Shown: positions 27,501-38,932 of the stretch, one piece after another
How the letters are laid out: each line of letters opens with the position of its first letter
How positions within the stretch are numbered: the first letter of the stretch is position 1
Assembly (NCBI GenBank): GCA_002269645.1
Contig: NIVC01004004.1
Span: 1,111-65,110 of the forward strand
DNA: 64,000 nt
DNA from: Macrostomum lignano
Taxonomy: Eukaryota
Direction of reading: 5' to 3'
The notes under the pieces: generated by a model
What the model was told of the DNA's origin: nothing
Seen by the model: only the letters and a program-made list of their open reading frames with translations
Database searches by the model: none
Made by a program: the position numbers and the translations under genes

Positions 27501-28158
27501 CTAAAAATCGCCCACCCAGCCGCTTTCCATCAGCCAGACTCCAATCTCTCCTTGGCCCCGCAGGTGCCCGGAGAAGTTCAAAATCGCCTGCCTGTCGGAC
27601 ATTCGCTCGCTGTTCCCCGACGGCAACCCGTTCTACGCCGGCTTCGGCAACCGCGACACCGACGCCCTGAGCTACACGGCTGTCGGCGTGGCGCCTCAGC
27701 GCATCTTCATCATCAACCCCAGCAGCCAGGTCAGCCACCGCCACTCGCTGGTGCAGTCCACCAGCTACAAGGAGCTGGGCGCCCACGTCGATCTGTACTT
27801 CCCCTGCCTGCCGGGCTCGCAGCACCATCAGCGGCTGCAGCGGCACCAGCATCAGCACGATGGCGAGTCCGAGTTCAATGACTTCTCCTACTGGCGACAG
27901 CCGATGCTCGACGCTCCGCCTCCGCCTCCACCTCCACCGTCATCGCCGGCTGCTGCCACCGCCGCCGCCGCCGCTCCAGTGGCGCCGGAGTCTCCGACTT
28001 CTTCAACTAGTCCGGTTCCGCCGGTTGTCATGGTAACTGACGAGTCTGCGACGACGTCGGCTGGGGCGGCTGTGGTGGTCGACGAGCCGTCCAGTTCACC
28101 GCCTGTCAGCGCACCTGCCGCTGCCGCCGGTGCTGACTCTCAGCAGTCGGCTCAGTGA
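24576..28158 (+). CDS. LPIN: Lipin (phosphatidate phosphatase), exons 24576-26872 and 27564-28158, ~963 aa
   Basis: N-LIP motif [28 protein letters not shown], middle domain LSLSLCG..WRVAAPQILSLVAF, and HAD motif DVDGTIT. The GT-AG intron 26873-27563 joins EVIEK|CPEKFKIACLSDIRSLF..FYAGFGNRDTD in frame. Confidence 0.96.
26920..27505. repeat. ~11-bp minisatellite (AAGAATCGCCC) filling the lipin intron
   Basis: Direct reading. Confidence 0.9.
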
Positions 28159-28279
28159 GCCGTGAGTTGGGTGCAAGAACCCGGTTTTTTCTAAGAAAGA
28201 CAGATGGCAGGATACATTTTGGCTATCGGTTCTAGATCTCGTTCATCGCGGCAACAACATTCCCAATTTGTGGATTGGC

Positions 28280-28830
28280 TCCACCAACTCCAAATCTCAC
28301 CCCATCGTCTCTCTTTCCTCCAACTCCAAATCTCACCCCATCGTCTCTCTTCAACTCCAAATCTCACACCATCGTCTCTCTCCTAACTCCAAATCTCACC
28401 CCATCGTCTCTCCCCCCAGCTCCAAATCTGACCCCATCGTCTCTCTCTCTCCTCCAACTCCAAATCTCACCCCATCGTCTCTCTTCAACTCCAAATCTCA
28501 CACCATCGTCTCTCTTCAACTCCAAATCTCACCCATCGGCTCTCTCTCCTCCAACTCCAAATCTCACCCCATCGTTTCTCTCCCACAACTCCAAATTTCA
28601 CCCCATCGTCTTTCCCCTCAGCTCCAAATCTGACCCCATCGTCTCTCTTCAGCTCCAAATCTCACACCATCGTCTCTCTTCAACTCCAAATCTCACACCA
28701 TCGTCTCTCTTCAACTCCAAATCTCACCCATCGTCTCTCTTCCCCAACTCCAAATCTCACCCCACCGTCTCCTTCCAACTCCAAATGTCACCATCCTCAT
28801 CGTCTCTCGACCCCCACCTTAACTCCAAAT
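28280..28830. repeat. ~30-bp minisatellite CAACTCCAAATCTCACCCCATCGTCTCTCT
   Basis: Direct reading. Confidence 0.9.
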
Positions 28831-30112
28831 CTCATCTCTATCCTTATTTGTATTTCACCCAATTTATAGAACTGTCGTCATTATCTGCGTCTTCTACTGT
28901 AAGTAGCATAAACTGTTTTTTTACCATATTTTCGGGTATTCAATTATTGTACGTTGAAAATTTAAAGTTCGTCAAAATAATCTTTTCAACGCGATTTAAT
29001 TCTTATCTTTCTGAATTTCTTCCATTTTTCTTTGTTTTCAGTGGTTTTTCTTTTCTTTTTTTATGTACGACAATTAATACGTAGTGCCAGTACTGTGTGC
29101 TGTGTGCCAGGATTCGGTGGCTTTCAGTATTTAATTGGCAACTGGCCTCTTGATTTGTGCAAACGCTTTGGGCTCTTTTTTAAAATCTCGTCACGCCTTG
29201 TCTTCTGTATCTATACAGAATTGCTCTTGGTCAGGATTTGTCTAGATCTGGTCATTGCTTGTCTAGATCTGGTCATTGCTCGTTGATTTTGTCGGATTTA
29301 TTGCTGCATTGTTTTTGTTATCAGTGTCAGATCATATTTGATCTATTAACAACCAAATCGCCGTCTCTTTGATGCATTGATTGATTAGCAGAAATTGCCA
29401 CCCTTGAACTTAAATCTCTTTAGATTTGATTTAATCGCAAATCAGCGCGTGTTACTACTTATATTTATTTAGTAACTAAACTGTTAACGCTTTCATTTAT
29501 AGTGCAAATACATTGCAAACTGCAACCCAGCCTGACCAGTGAGCGCGGTTCGAACCTCGAACCTCTGTGACGATTTAGACTACAAGAATACATAATATAA
29601 ATTTTGTTTTTTTCTTTTGGAGTTTGCCAGCAACTTTTAAAGATTATTAAAATGAAAATTTAACTGCCAGGCAGCGCCAGTAATCAACTCCGGGCGTTCA
29701 TTTTAAAAAATTAAAATCAGTTAAACAGTTAAACAAAAAATAAAAACAAATTTTGCGAATCATGCGCTTTTGATTCTGAATTTCGTAACGTACTTTTGCG
29801 TCATAAGTTTATTTAATCAAGTCGATTTTTATTGAATATGGATTAAATTATCAAGAATATCTCTTATAGGTTGCATAATTAATTTAATTTAATTTATTCA
29901 TTATTAATGAGCTCTCTCGTCTTTACTTAACCATACGAGTGCGCTAATTTATACTTCCTATCCTGTAATAATAGTATTACAAATAAATGCCGCACGCAAA
30001 ACAACAAAACGGGAGTTGCATGAAATGAAGCTTTCGGTAGTTAATAATGGCAGGATAAGACAGTAATCCGGACAGGATGTCAGTAATTAGTTCAGAGTCC
30101 AGGTAGGCCTCC

Positions 30113-30310
30113 TCAGATGCCGATTCGGATGTGCTGCACGATCTCGAAGATGGCCGAGCCGCACACGACAAAAACGAAGACGCCGAGTAGCCAGGCGCTA
30201 ACGGGCGGCCCGTCGCTCTTGGTCTTGAGCGATTTGGGAATGTTGCCACGCTGGGTGATGTTGTTGCTGGCCCGCTCGTTCATGATTCGCATTCTCTGCT
30301 TGGGCGCCAT
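30113..30310 (-). CDS. SERP1: Stress-associated ER protein (RAMP4/SERP1 family), 65 aa
   Basis: MAPKQRMRIMNERASNNITQRGNIPKSLK..PVSAWLLGVFVFVVCGSAIFEIVQHIR matches the RAMP4 consensus in length and C-terminal TM segment. Confidence 0.95.
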   Translation of the reverse strand: MAPKQRMRIMNERASNNITQRGNIPKSLKTKSDGPPVSAWLLGVFVFVVCGSAIFEIVQHIRIGI

Positions 30311-31940
30311 TTGATTTCTGTTGCAGTTTGATGAAGGCTCTGCACTCCTTTATTTGCTTGCGTTATTGCTGCGGTAGTTAGAGGCGGTGAAGAGAAAGGC
30401 TTGGTTCAGCAAATCGCGGGCCTCTAAATAGGCGAAGCTAGAAAGGCTTAGAACAGTTTGTGCGGTAGCCGAACTCTTACACAGGGCTAGTGCTGAATCA
30501 CGCTCAAATTGCTACCCTTTGGCCCAAACGGGCGGCAAGAGTTTGACGGCTCAAAGACCCAATGAGCGGCCGGCCTCGGAGAGGGGGTCTGAATGTACAA
30601 TCAGGGCGGGGGGTTGCCTCCCGATATCTATTTTTAGAACAATTGTGCGAAGCACAACGTGCGGCCCGGCTCGGGCTTCGCGCTCGTGGGGTCTTATCAG
30701 CGCACGTCGCGCGCAATGGAAAATTCCTCTGTATTTCCAAAGCCCGAGCTGTTGTCCCTCTATGCGTACATTTGAGATAAGCTTGTGGGATGACCCGTGA
30801 AGAACTTCTCAATGCAACCAACCGCCAGATTCTGCGTGGGTGTGCCGTGAATTCGTGGAAGATTCTAGAAGAGGGGGCACAGAAAATAAGTTTGCTATCT
30901 CTTCCTCTCTACCACGTACATTTATATCGGGGGAGTATGGACGAAAATTGTGTTGGGGATTTCCTAACATGGAAAGGGGAATAAGGGACGGGCATTTGAG
31001 TGCTCAAGTCCCCTGGAGTGAAGGCGCAGTATTGCCATTCTAGCTAGTGGACTAGATTTGCTGACAAAAGCAAAATTTCTGCCTCAACTACTAACCCTGG
31101 TAGAATATTTTGCCAAGTAAGCACTTTCGTAGCTGTACGTTCAAAGCCAGAGCGCGTGACTGCATTGCTGCTTTTGCGCAAAACATATTTCCTGATACAG
31201 CAAAATAATTGCTTTCAATTCAACGGATCTTTTTCATGGAATGGCTATCTGTCTTTTTTACGTAGCTGTTTAGTTCATTACTGCAATTACTGTGAATTAC
31301 GATGCTATTAATTGCTGTAAATTGTAATCGATCAGGCTACATACATGTAATTATTAATTAAGCAAAGCGGTGTCACGTAGCTCTTTAGACTCGGTTTCAG
31401 CCTCCATTGTCTTCAACAGTTCCCCTAATTACATGCAGGGGAAGATGAATAATCGCGGGACCAGAAGCAGTCTTGTCAGGCCTTCAAAACACTGGAGTTC
31501 TCGCCTACTGTTGCACAAATTCTACGGATTAACAACTTCTTTTCTACTCTGTATATGCAAAAATGACCCGACCCGGGCTTCTGGGCTTCTTGCCGTATTT
31601 TTCAGTCGAGTGACAGTGGAGACAATTCTGGATTTGCGTTATTTTATTCGTACTGAAATTTATCGCTGTACACATTCTCCTTATACTTTTAAGTAGCATT
31701 GTTGGAACATGACGATGTTGATAATATTGTTATTCTCTTGCTTGTTTGTACAGTCGAAAGAAAATTGAAGTTTGTTAGACGCATTTTTTGTGCAATTTAT
31801 TGGCAAATAGTTCTTTATTTTCACCCTTGCTATATATCGTTTATTTCTTTGGGTCTCAAGACTTGTCAAGAATAAGACTTGCAAAACACGCGGGGCTACC
31901 TGCCTACATTTTCAACGCTTTCAAATCCTCGGCTGGCTTT

Positions 31941-33654
31941 TTAAGGGAAGCCAGGGATGCTAACGCTGCCGAGGACCTTGGACAGCTCGTGACGGATCGG
32001 CGACTCGATGGCAGCTACAATGAGGTGCTGGACGGCGTTCACAACGACGTTGGCCACCGGCGTAAGGATCCAGTCCAGCGGGCCGAGGCCGCTGATGCTG
32101 ACGGCAACTGGGCTGACCTCGCTGATGGCGAAGTGATCCAGTCTCGGGCTCGAGCCGGCCGCGACGTCGGCGCTGACGCGGAAGACGACTCGGACGCGGG
32201 AGACCAGGAAAGAGATGCCGGCGTTGACGCCGATGCCCATGAACTCGGCGCGGGAGTCGAAGCTTCCACGGATGTTGTCAATGCCAATGACGCAGCCGAC
32301 GACAACATTGGTGCCCTGCGCGCCGATGTTGCAGTTTCCGGCCCTGTGGATGGTGGACAGACCGTAGGCCAGACCGTTGTACATCCTGGCGCTGCCCCAC
32401 ACGGTGACCAGAAGAATCTTCTTGGAGAAGCTGACCCGCTGCTCTGGAATGCTGATCGGGTCCAGGTTGTTGGCGTGGATGAGCGGCCTCAGGTTGGCCA
32501 TCAGCCTATCGACGTAGTTGTTGGCGCTTTCATCGACGGGTCGGAGGCGGTTGCTGCTGTAGGGCAGCATGCCGCCCAGGATGTCGCGCAGATCTACCTT
32601 GGCAAGCTCGTTGTTGATGACCGTGCGCAGGATGCGGTTGACCTCGGGCAGCAGGTTGCCCTTCAGCCTGTCGTAGATCAGCTTGCCCATGGCGTTCAGC
32701 AGGGTGTTGACCACGCTACCGAGGTTGCCGCCGCCGACGATGCCCTCCAGGTACATCTGCACCTGAGAGAAGGTCAGGTCGACTTGCAAGTTGTTCAGTT
32801 GAACACGGGTGAAGTCCTCGATGGACACGGAAGCCACGAAGCGAATGCTCAGGTCGTTGATTTGGATGGCAGCCGGACCGCTGCCGTACAGCGGGAAGAT
32901 CAGAATCTTGCCCTGGTGGTGGGGTTGATGAGTACATGTTTAGTGGCTCCGATGCTTCATACGAGTACATGTCCGTCTGTATACATTAAAGAGGCGTTCG
33001 ATAGATTATGGATTATAATCCTTCTGGTTTAAACTTCTTCTTCTTCTGGTTTATAATTCTTCTAGTGCCACTAAGTACTAAGGACTCAAGAAGTCATTGG
33101 AAGGCGCTTCAGAACGGCCCTGCTGTGAGCAAGGAATTTGATTTCCTCAGAAGCAAGCCGACTTGCAGGAGAAACTAAAAATCTACAGCTTATGGGTCTT
33201 CTTGGGTAAATATTGATTCTCACAAGCTTACACCTTTCTCTCCCGCGACTGTAAGCTTAAAAAAACTCACGTCCAGATTGTAATCGGCTCGGGCCGCCAC
33301 CTGCGGGAAGAACAGGTCGAGCTCGATGCTCATGCTGCCAGTGTGGCCCTTGGCATCGCGCACGACAAAGGAGGACAGGCCGTTCATGACGAAGTTGCGC
33401 ATGTTGAGCTGGACGTCGGCGACGCCCTCTTTAATCCGGGGGATGTCGATGACCGGCAGAGACAGCGGCTCAAGCGGCGGGATCATCAGCTCGGGGATTC
33501 CGTGCGGCATCGCCTGGCGCAGGTTCTCCAGAGTGGCCTTGATGTAGATGCTGATGGTGTCCAGGTCCGGGTCGGACAGAGGCGTCTCGGCGTTGCGGCA
33601 GCTGACCGCTGCCAGCAGGCAGCAGGCGACGGCGAGGCTCAGTAGTTTTAGCAT
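31941..33654 (-). CDS. Secreted tubular lipid-binding protein (JHBP/takeout-like domain plus Grp7-allergen-like domain), exons 33654-33271 and 32912-31941, ~451 aa
   Basis: Signal peptide MLKLLSLAVACCLLAAVSC and motif GIPELMIPPLEPL. The intron GTGAGT..CCAG joins ADYNLD|GKILIFPLYGSG in frame. The second domain has ANNYVDRLMANLR..LDPI..GLSTIHRAG. Confidence 0.75.
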
Positions 33655-34617
33655 CTGCGCGTGGACAAAATGCACGATGGGCGTCACAGAATTGCATTAA
33701 AGATTTTTACACTATAGGCTGAAAGGTTGATTCGAACTCCAATTCTCTGTAGATCGAGATTCAACATTGCCAAGCGAAGCTTCGGGTTACATTTGCAGGA
33801 TTGATACTACGTATTTAAGAGGTGAATACAGGTAGACTTACCTTCGTCAATATAGGTTTAGAACTAATAATTAACTTTTTACCGAAGTCTCGCCTACACT
33901 ACTGAGACCTATAGAAGCAGAGCGTTGGTCCGACTCGCGCCTTTTTGTAAGGCAAGAGATGAGACCGCATGGGTCCACGGTGAGGCGCCCGGCACCTCGG
34001 ACCACCGCGCCCTCTGCCTGGCACGCGCTGGCTGGCTGACTTGGATGAGATACGAATAGGATTGACATGCTACAGGCACTGCAGTGTGCAGTGGGAACCG
34101 CGGCAGAAGCGACTGAAAAGAGACAGAGGCAGTTGGACAGGTTGAGAACCCCCTGTGTGCCGTAGTCAGCTGGCGGACCGCAGCGCAGCGCGGTGTCAAG
34201 CGTCTAAAGTGGCCAGATCTTTTTCTGCTCTAAATGATTCAAGATAAAAGTCTAGAGTATTAAAATCTCATGATTGCTATGTTTACTAAGATTGGAGTTC
34301 TAAAAAATGCTTATCCTGCAATGATGAATTTTTCTGCTGATGCTGTTGTCTATATTTGCCTTTGTGTCACTGTTGTCGTATAGACAATAAATTATTAATA
34401 CGAGCTAGAAGTTAGCTGAATTATCTATGGTGAATTAACGGTTGAGATTGTCTGTGGGGAAGAGCATGGTAGGCGAAGGGAGACGGCTAACTGAAAAGTA
34501 CGAGGTTGAATTGCAAAATAGAAAGTACAATTATTTGGAGGATGGAAATCTGACGACTGTAATGTGACGTTGTGCGTTTAAATTTCTTATTTATTACTAC
34601 AAGACTTATTGACTTGT

Positions 34618-34790
34618 CCCCACAATCAGGCCACCAGACCCCTATGACCCCCACAGTCAGGCCACCAGACCCCTATGACCCCCACAGTCAGGTCACCAGA
34701 CCCCTATGAGCCCCACAGTCAGGCCACCAGACCCCTATGACCCGCACAGTCAGGCCACCAGACCCTCATAACCCTTACAGTCAGGCCGCT
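34618..34790. repeat. 31-bp tandem repeat, ~5 copies
   Basis: CCCCACAGTCAGGCCACCAGACCCCTATGAC-type unit. Confidence 0.9.
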
Positions 34791-35064
34791 GGGCCTCATG
34801 AAGTTTTCTTGAGTTTCTTAAGTCGGCTATTCCTTTTCCCCTCACAATCATAGTTACATGTACATGTACAAGCCAATCGATATTATACAATGTACTACAC
34901 TAATAATGTTGTTATTCATTTTAGGAAAACGTGGATGACTCCTAGAAACTTAACGTCCCGCTTCCTAATGCTGAGCCTTGAGGGTTCTTTGGCCTACTGC
35001 ACGGTCAGGTGGAGCGGCCGGGTGGGTACCGCGCCCCTTCGAGGGTAGCCCACCAACCTTTATC

Positions 35065-36395
35065 ATGGCCTTCGAGCCAACTATGGATAAAAACCCTATT
35101 TCTAGGGACGGGGTCCCTTCTAAACCCCAACCTCAGTCCGAAGGACCGGCCGGCCCTGCTGCCAGATCCCAACCGACTGATTCAACTGTGGCAAAGGAAG
35201 GACCGGCTGGCTCTGCTGGCAGATCCGACCAGAGCTACCAAAACCAAAGTACCCAAAGACCTGCCAGCTCTGCTGGTGGATCAAAGGGAACCGCGGGCTC
35301 TGAGCCTAAAGGATCGGCCAAATCTGGCAGATCCGACGAAGCTCAGCGGGCTCGGCTCGAGCGCAAACGCGCTAAGCAACGCGCCAAAAGGCAGGCCAAG
35401 AAGGGAGCTGCGGGGGCCAAAGCGGCGGCGTCCACCATGGACGCTGAAGCGACTGGCGTCCCAAGGCAACCAGACGGGCCGGCCGGTGGAAGCTCCAGTA
35501 GTTCAGCGGCGGCGCTCCCTGGAGATGCTGCTGCGGCTGCTGAGGCCGAAACCACGGCGCAACAAATGGCCACTGCCAACAAGGAGGTTCCTTCGGGAGC
35601 TACCTTTGCGGCGAAGGCCAAGGCCAAAATCCCGGGAGTGATCATCCAAGGTCGCGACCAGGACTGGACAACTGATCAGCTTCAAAAAGCGTGGAGTGCT
35701 ATTGACTCCTATCTGATTGAGCTGACTGTCGAGGAGGGAATCTCCATCGGCATTGAGCGGATGGTGCTGCGAAGCACATTCGTTCTTATTGCTCCTAGCA
35801 GTGAGGAGGACGCTCAGCAGCTGCTCCAGCGGCTGCCGACGGTCTCCTTGGATGCTGACCTCGGCGGAGCCCTTTTTCTTCGCGAAGGCCAGCGTCCAAA
35901 GACAATACCCTACGTGGTTTTTGTCCCTGCAAAGAGCACCGCAGCTGGACCAGACGTTATCCGTCGGATCCTACTGCGCCTGAATCCCGACCTCCCTGCT
36001 AGTGGACTGGTGTATCACCGCAATGTCCGCAGGGGGAAACAGGCAAATCAATCGTCCTCGGCCTTTCCAACGCTTGGGAGAGTCGGTACCCAAACGGATC
36101 CTCTTTCCAGCTGGGTGCCCTCAAGCTCAAGATGCGCCGAGGAAAGTCTGCCAAAGGGAAGCCTACTGCCAATCCCGGAATCTCCGGCAAGAGCGGGGCG
36201 CAGTCTAAGGCCCAAGGAAAGGCGCAAGCCGATCCCAAAGCCGGAGCTGCGTCTCGCCCCTCTGCTAGCAACAGTTTGGCGACCGCGGTGACGGCTCCGG
36301 CCAAGCCCCGGGAACCAAACCTGCCAGCCGGAGAAGGAGTTGAGGACGAGGCCGGGTCTTCCGAATCCGAGCTCTCCTCGGCCACCCTGGTCTGA
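35065..36395 (+). pseudogene. LINE ORF1 (gag-like) with one frameshift near 36040
   Basis: Long basic/low-complexity ORF from ATG 35065. It continues in the shifted frame KSIVLGLSNAWESRYPNG..MRRGKSAK to TGA 36395. Confidence 0.7.
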
Positions 36396-36566
36396 AGTTT
36401 CAAATCTGAATTTCGCAAGGCCAAGGAATGTAAATGGCGCCAATTCTGCAATGAGTTGGATCAAGACAGACCTACTTCTAGGCTTGTCAAGGCCCTTACA
36501 ATGGACAAAATGTCCAAATTAGCTATGATCAGAAAAGATGATGGCTCTCTTACTAAAGACCCTTAA

Positions 36567-38932
36567 CCTTATGATTACCAGTGGCATGCTGTGCATGCCA
36601 TCGTTCATTCTGTCAATTGACCATAGACAGATTTGAAGTCGATGGGAAAGCGAGTTTAGACAGAATCATTGTCTGACTCAACCAAATGGAATGCTATGCA
36701 TGCCAAGGCCAAAAAACTGTTTGTATTGTCATACTGCGTCGGAGTGTCACAAAACAAATAGAAAACGACATACATTGCATGCACAAAGGTAAATCTTAAG
36801 AACATAAGGGCAAATGAAGCTGCATGCAAGTGAATGAAAATAATTTTAGCAACAGTTCGAATAAAGTTTCAGCAAAGCGCCAGTAATCAGTTAGCCGAGT
36901 GCCACTCAAAGAAGCACGGCTCCAGGCAAAGCCCAGGCTGACCGTCACAGCCTTGGCAGAAGTAGACGGTCCGCTTTTTCAGTCTGCGCTGGTAACAAAC
37001 TCGGCAACGCTTGGTAGGCCGTTCTTGTGCTGCGGTAGCGGGTAGCTTTTCCAGCCGGTGATGAATGTCGCCTGGCTGACGGGGAAGAGCTTGACGCTTA
37101 AATCTCGATCGACCATTTCCGCTGCTTTCAATCAAGTGCTTTACACACCTTTCAGTGTAGCTGAGAAAGCTCATGGATCCACCTAGATGTCGGTACACAA
37201 TCCAGGAGTTGCGAACCAGCTGCTGTAGCAGAAACACCGCCAACTTTACGAACCATTTGTGCGTTCGGCGGCATGCGCTGTAAGGCTGGGCTGCGGCATC
37301 CATCCGATCCACACCTCCCATGTTCTGATTATATTGCAAAACCGAGTTGGGCTTCAGCAGCTGCTGCTCCACACCACCGCGCAGTACCCGGCTAACCAAA
37401 GAGCTAGCAGCCGTTGAAGCGGAGTCCAACAGATAGACAGTCTTTGTTCCTGAGCTTCGCCTGTCAACCAGCTTCACAGCAAGGATGTCACCATGTCGGG
37501 CAAAGGAATGACTCGGTGGTTGCAAGAGCATATCTCGCAGAATCGGTGGAACGCCTCGGTCTTTGCGAACGGTCCCAGTTAAGGTTGTTCCTCTGGTCAG
37601 AAGGAACTTGGCCAGTCGCACCGATGAAAACCAACTGTCGCAAAAGACCCGATATCCAAGGTCCAGAATGTCGCGACAAAGTTCTACGACGACTCTCTCA
37701 CTGATTGAGAGCTGCGGCACATCGTTGCCGAACTGTTCATTCGCAATGGTGGTTGAATGTATCAGATAGTTCCACATGTAGCCTGTAGAAGACTCTGCAA
37801 GGCAGTACAATTTGATGCCAAACTTGGCTCTCTTGTTGGGCATGTACTGCTTAAAAATCAGCCTCCCTTTATAGAGCAGCAGCGCTTCATCAACGGCAAT
37901 GCTTTGACCGGGCAGGTAGCTGTTCTTGCAAACTGTCTGGACCATGTCTAGGAACGGCCTGATCTTGCACAAGGGATCACCAGCGTCGAAGTCAAGACAG
38001 TCATAGCAACGCAGCCATGACATGATTTGTTGAAACCGCGAGCGAGGAAGCATCTTCATGCTTTGAAAGTAGGGATGAAAGTAGAACGGGTCCGTAGACC
38101 AGTAAGCCGTCACCTCCGGTTTCTGTACAACTCCGGTATATAATATAACGCCGATCACCTTCTTCATCTCAGAAACAGTGCAGGGCTTCCACGTTCTGAG
38201 CCCGTAAGGCAGTTCATCATCTCCGTGTTCTTCTTGAAACTTGGCAATATCCAGCTGCGCTCTCTTGTTTGTCCACATGCACATCTGAAGCAGCAACTCA
38301 TCGGGTAAAAATTGCTCGAAAATGGCTGTCCAGCCGTCATCAACATCAGCAGGTACGGAGAATCCCGGATTGACTCCGCTTGCCCCGAGGAACTCGGGAA
38401 GAGAATTAGCTCGAGCATCAGTCTCTGGAGTTACTGATCTCCAATCATCGTGCATCATTCCCTGATCGTCTTCCTCCGGTCCATCGTTGCCTTCTTGATT
38501 TTCGTCACCGTCCTCTCCCTCGCTCTCGGCAGTGAAAAATGAGTCATCGCTCGACTCATCGCTCGATTCGCTGTCGAGGCCCAAGTTTCGCAAGGCTTGC
38601 TTGGCTGCTTGCCGTCGCTGTCTGACCGCTTGCATTGTAAGATTTGGTAAGTTGGGGTGGTGAGCTAAGGAGGCACCAGTAAAAATTCTTGCAGTTAACT
38701 TTTCATGCCTGTATTCCCTCCCTCTTGCCTTTTTTCTAGGTTGGCCATAGACTATTCTCCAGTCAAAGATGTCACTTCTCCTGTTGAGAAAGTGTTTTCT
38801 TGCCTGTCCATAATAAAGCAACTGTTTTGAAATTCGAAGTGTACAGCGCAGATCTAAATTGTCTATGGCATGCAGTGCTTGCCATTTGGTAAGATAGAGA
38901 TGTGGGGAAGGAATTCTGTCGTAGACAAGTGG
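36567..38932 (-). mobile_element. piggyBac DNA transposon inserted into LINE ORF2
   Basis: TTAA at 36563-36566 then CC; right end GG followed by TAA at 38933. Subterminal inverted motifs: CCAGTGGCATGCTGTGCATGCCAT versus ATGGCATGCAGTGCTTGCCATTTGG, and CCATAGACA versus TGTCTATGG. Confidence 0.88.
36887..38635 (-). CDS. piggyBac transposase (PGBD4-like), ~582 aa, uninterrupted
   Basis: Catalytic triad motifs IAVDEALL, FCDSWFSS and MGGVDRMD; acidic N-terminus; C-terminal Cys-rich CRVC..CQGC..LC..PCF..WH. Confidence 0.95.
   Translation of the reverse strand: MQAVRQRRQAAKQALRNLGLDSESSDESSDDSFFTAESEGEDGDENQEGNDGPEEDDQGMMHDDWRSVTPETDARANSLPEFLGASGVNPGFSVPADVDDGWTAIFEQFLPDELLLQMCMWTNKRAQLDIAKFQEEHGDDELPYGLRTWKPCTVSEMKKVIGVILYTGVVQKPEVTAYWSTDPFYFHPYFQSMKMLPRSRFQQIMSWLRCYDCLDFDAGDPLCKIRPFLDMVQTVCKNSYLPGQSIAVDEALLLYKGRLIFKQYMPNKRAKFGIKLYCLAESSTGYMWNYLIHSTTIANEQFGNDVPQLSISERVVVELCRDILDLGYRVFCDSWFSSVRLAKFLLTRGTTLTGTVRKDRGVPPILRDMLLQPPSHSFARHGDILAVKLVDRRSSGTKTVYLLDSASTAASSLVSRVLRGGVEQQLLKPNSVLQYNQNMGGVDRMDAAAQPYSACRRTHKWFVKLAVFLLQQLVRNSWIVYRHLGGSMSFLSYTERCVKHLIESSGNGRSRFKRQALPRQPGDIHHRLEKLPATAAQERPTKRCRVCYQRRLKKRTVYFCQGCDGQPGLCLEPCFFEWHSAN

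Noticed and set aside
31788-33032. 414-aa plus-strand ORF
   Set aside because: Antisense shadow of the GC-rich minus-strand lipid-binding gene; similar shadows overlap RhoGAP and lipin
34976-35064. Possible HDV-like ribozyme in the LINE 5' UTR
   Set aside because: A hairpin is present (GGTGGG..CCCACC), but I could not build the nested double pseudoknot
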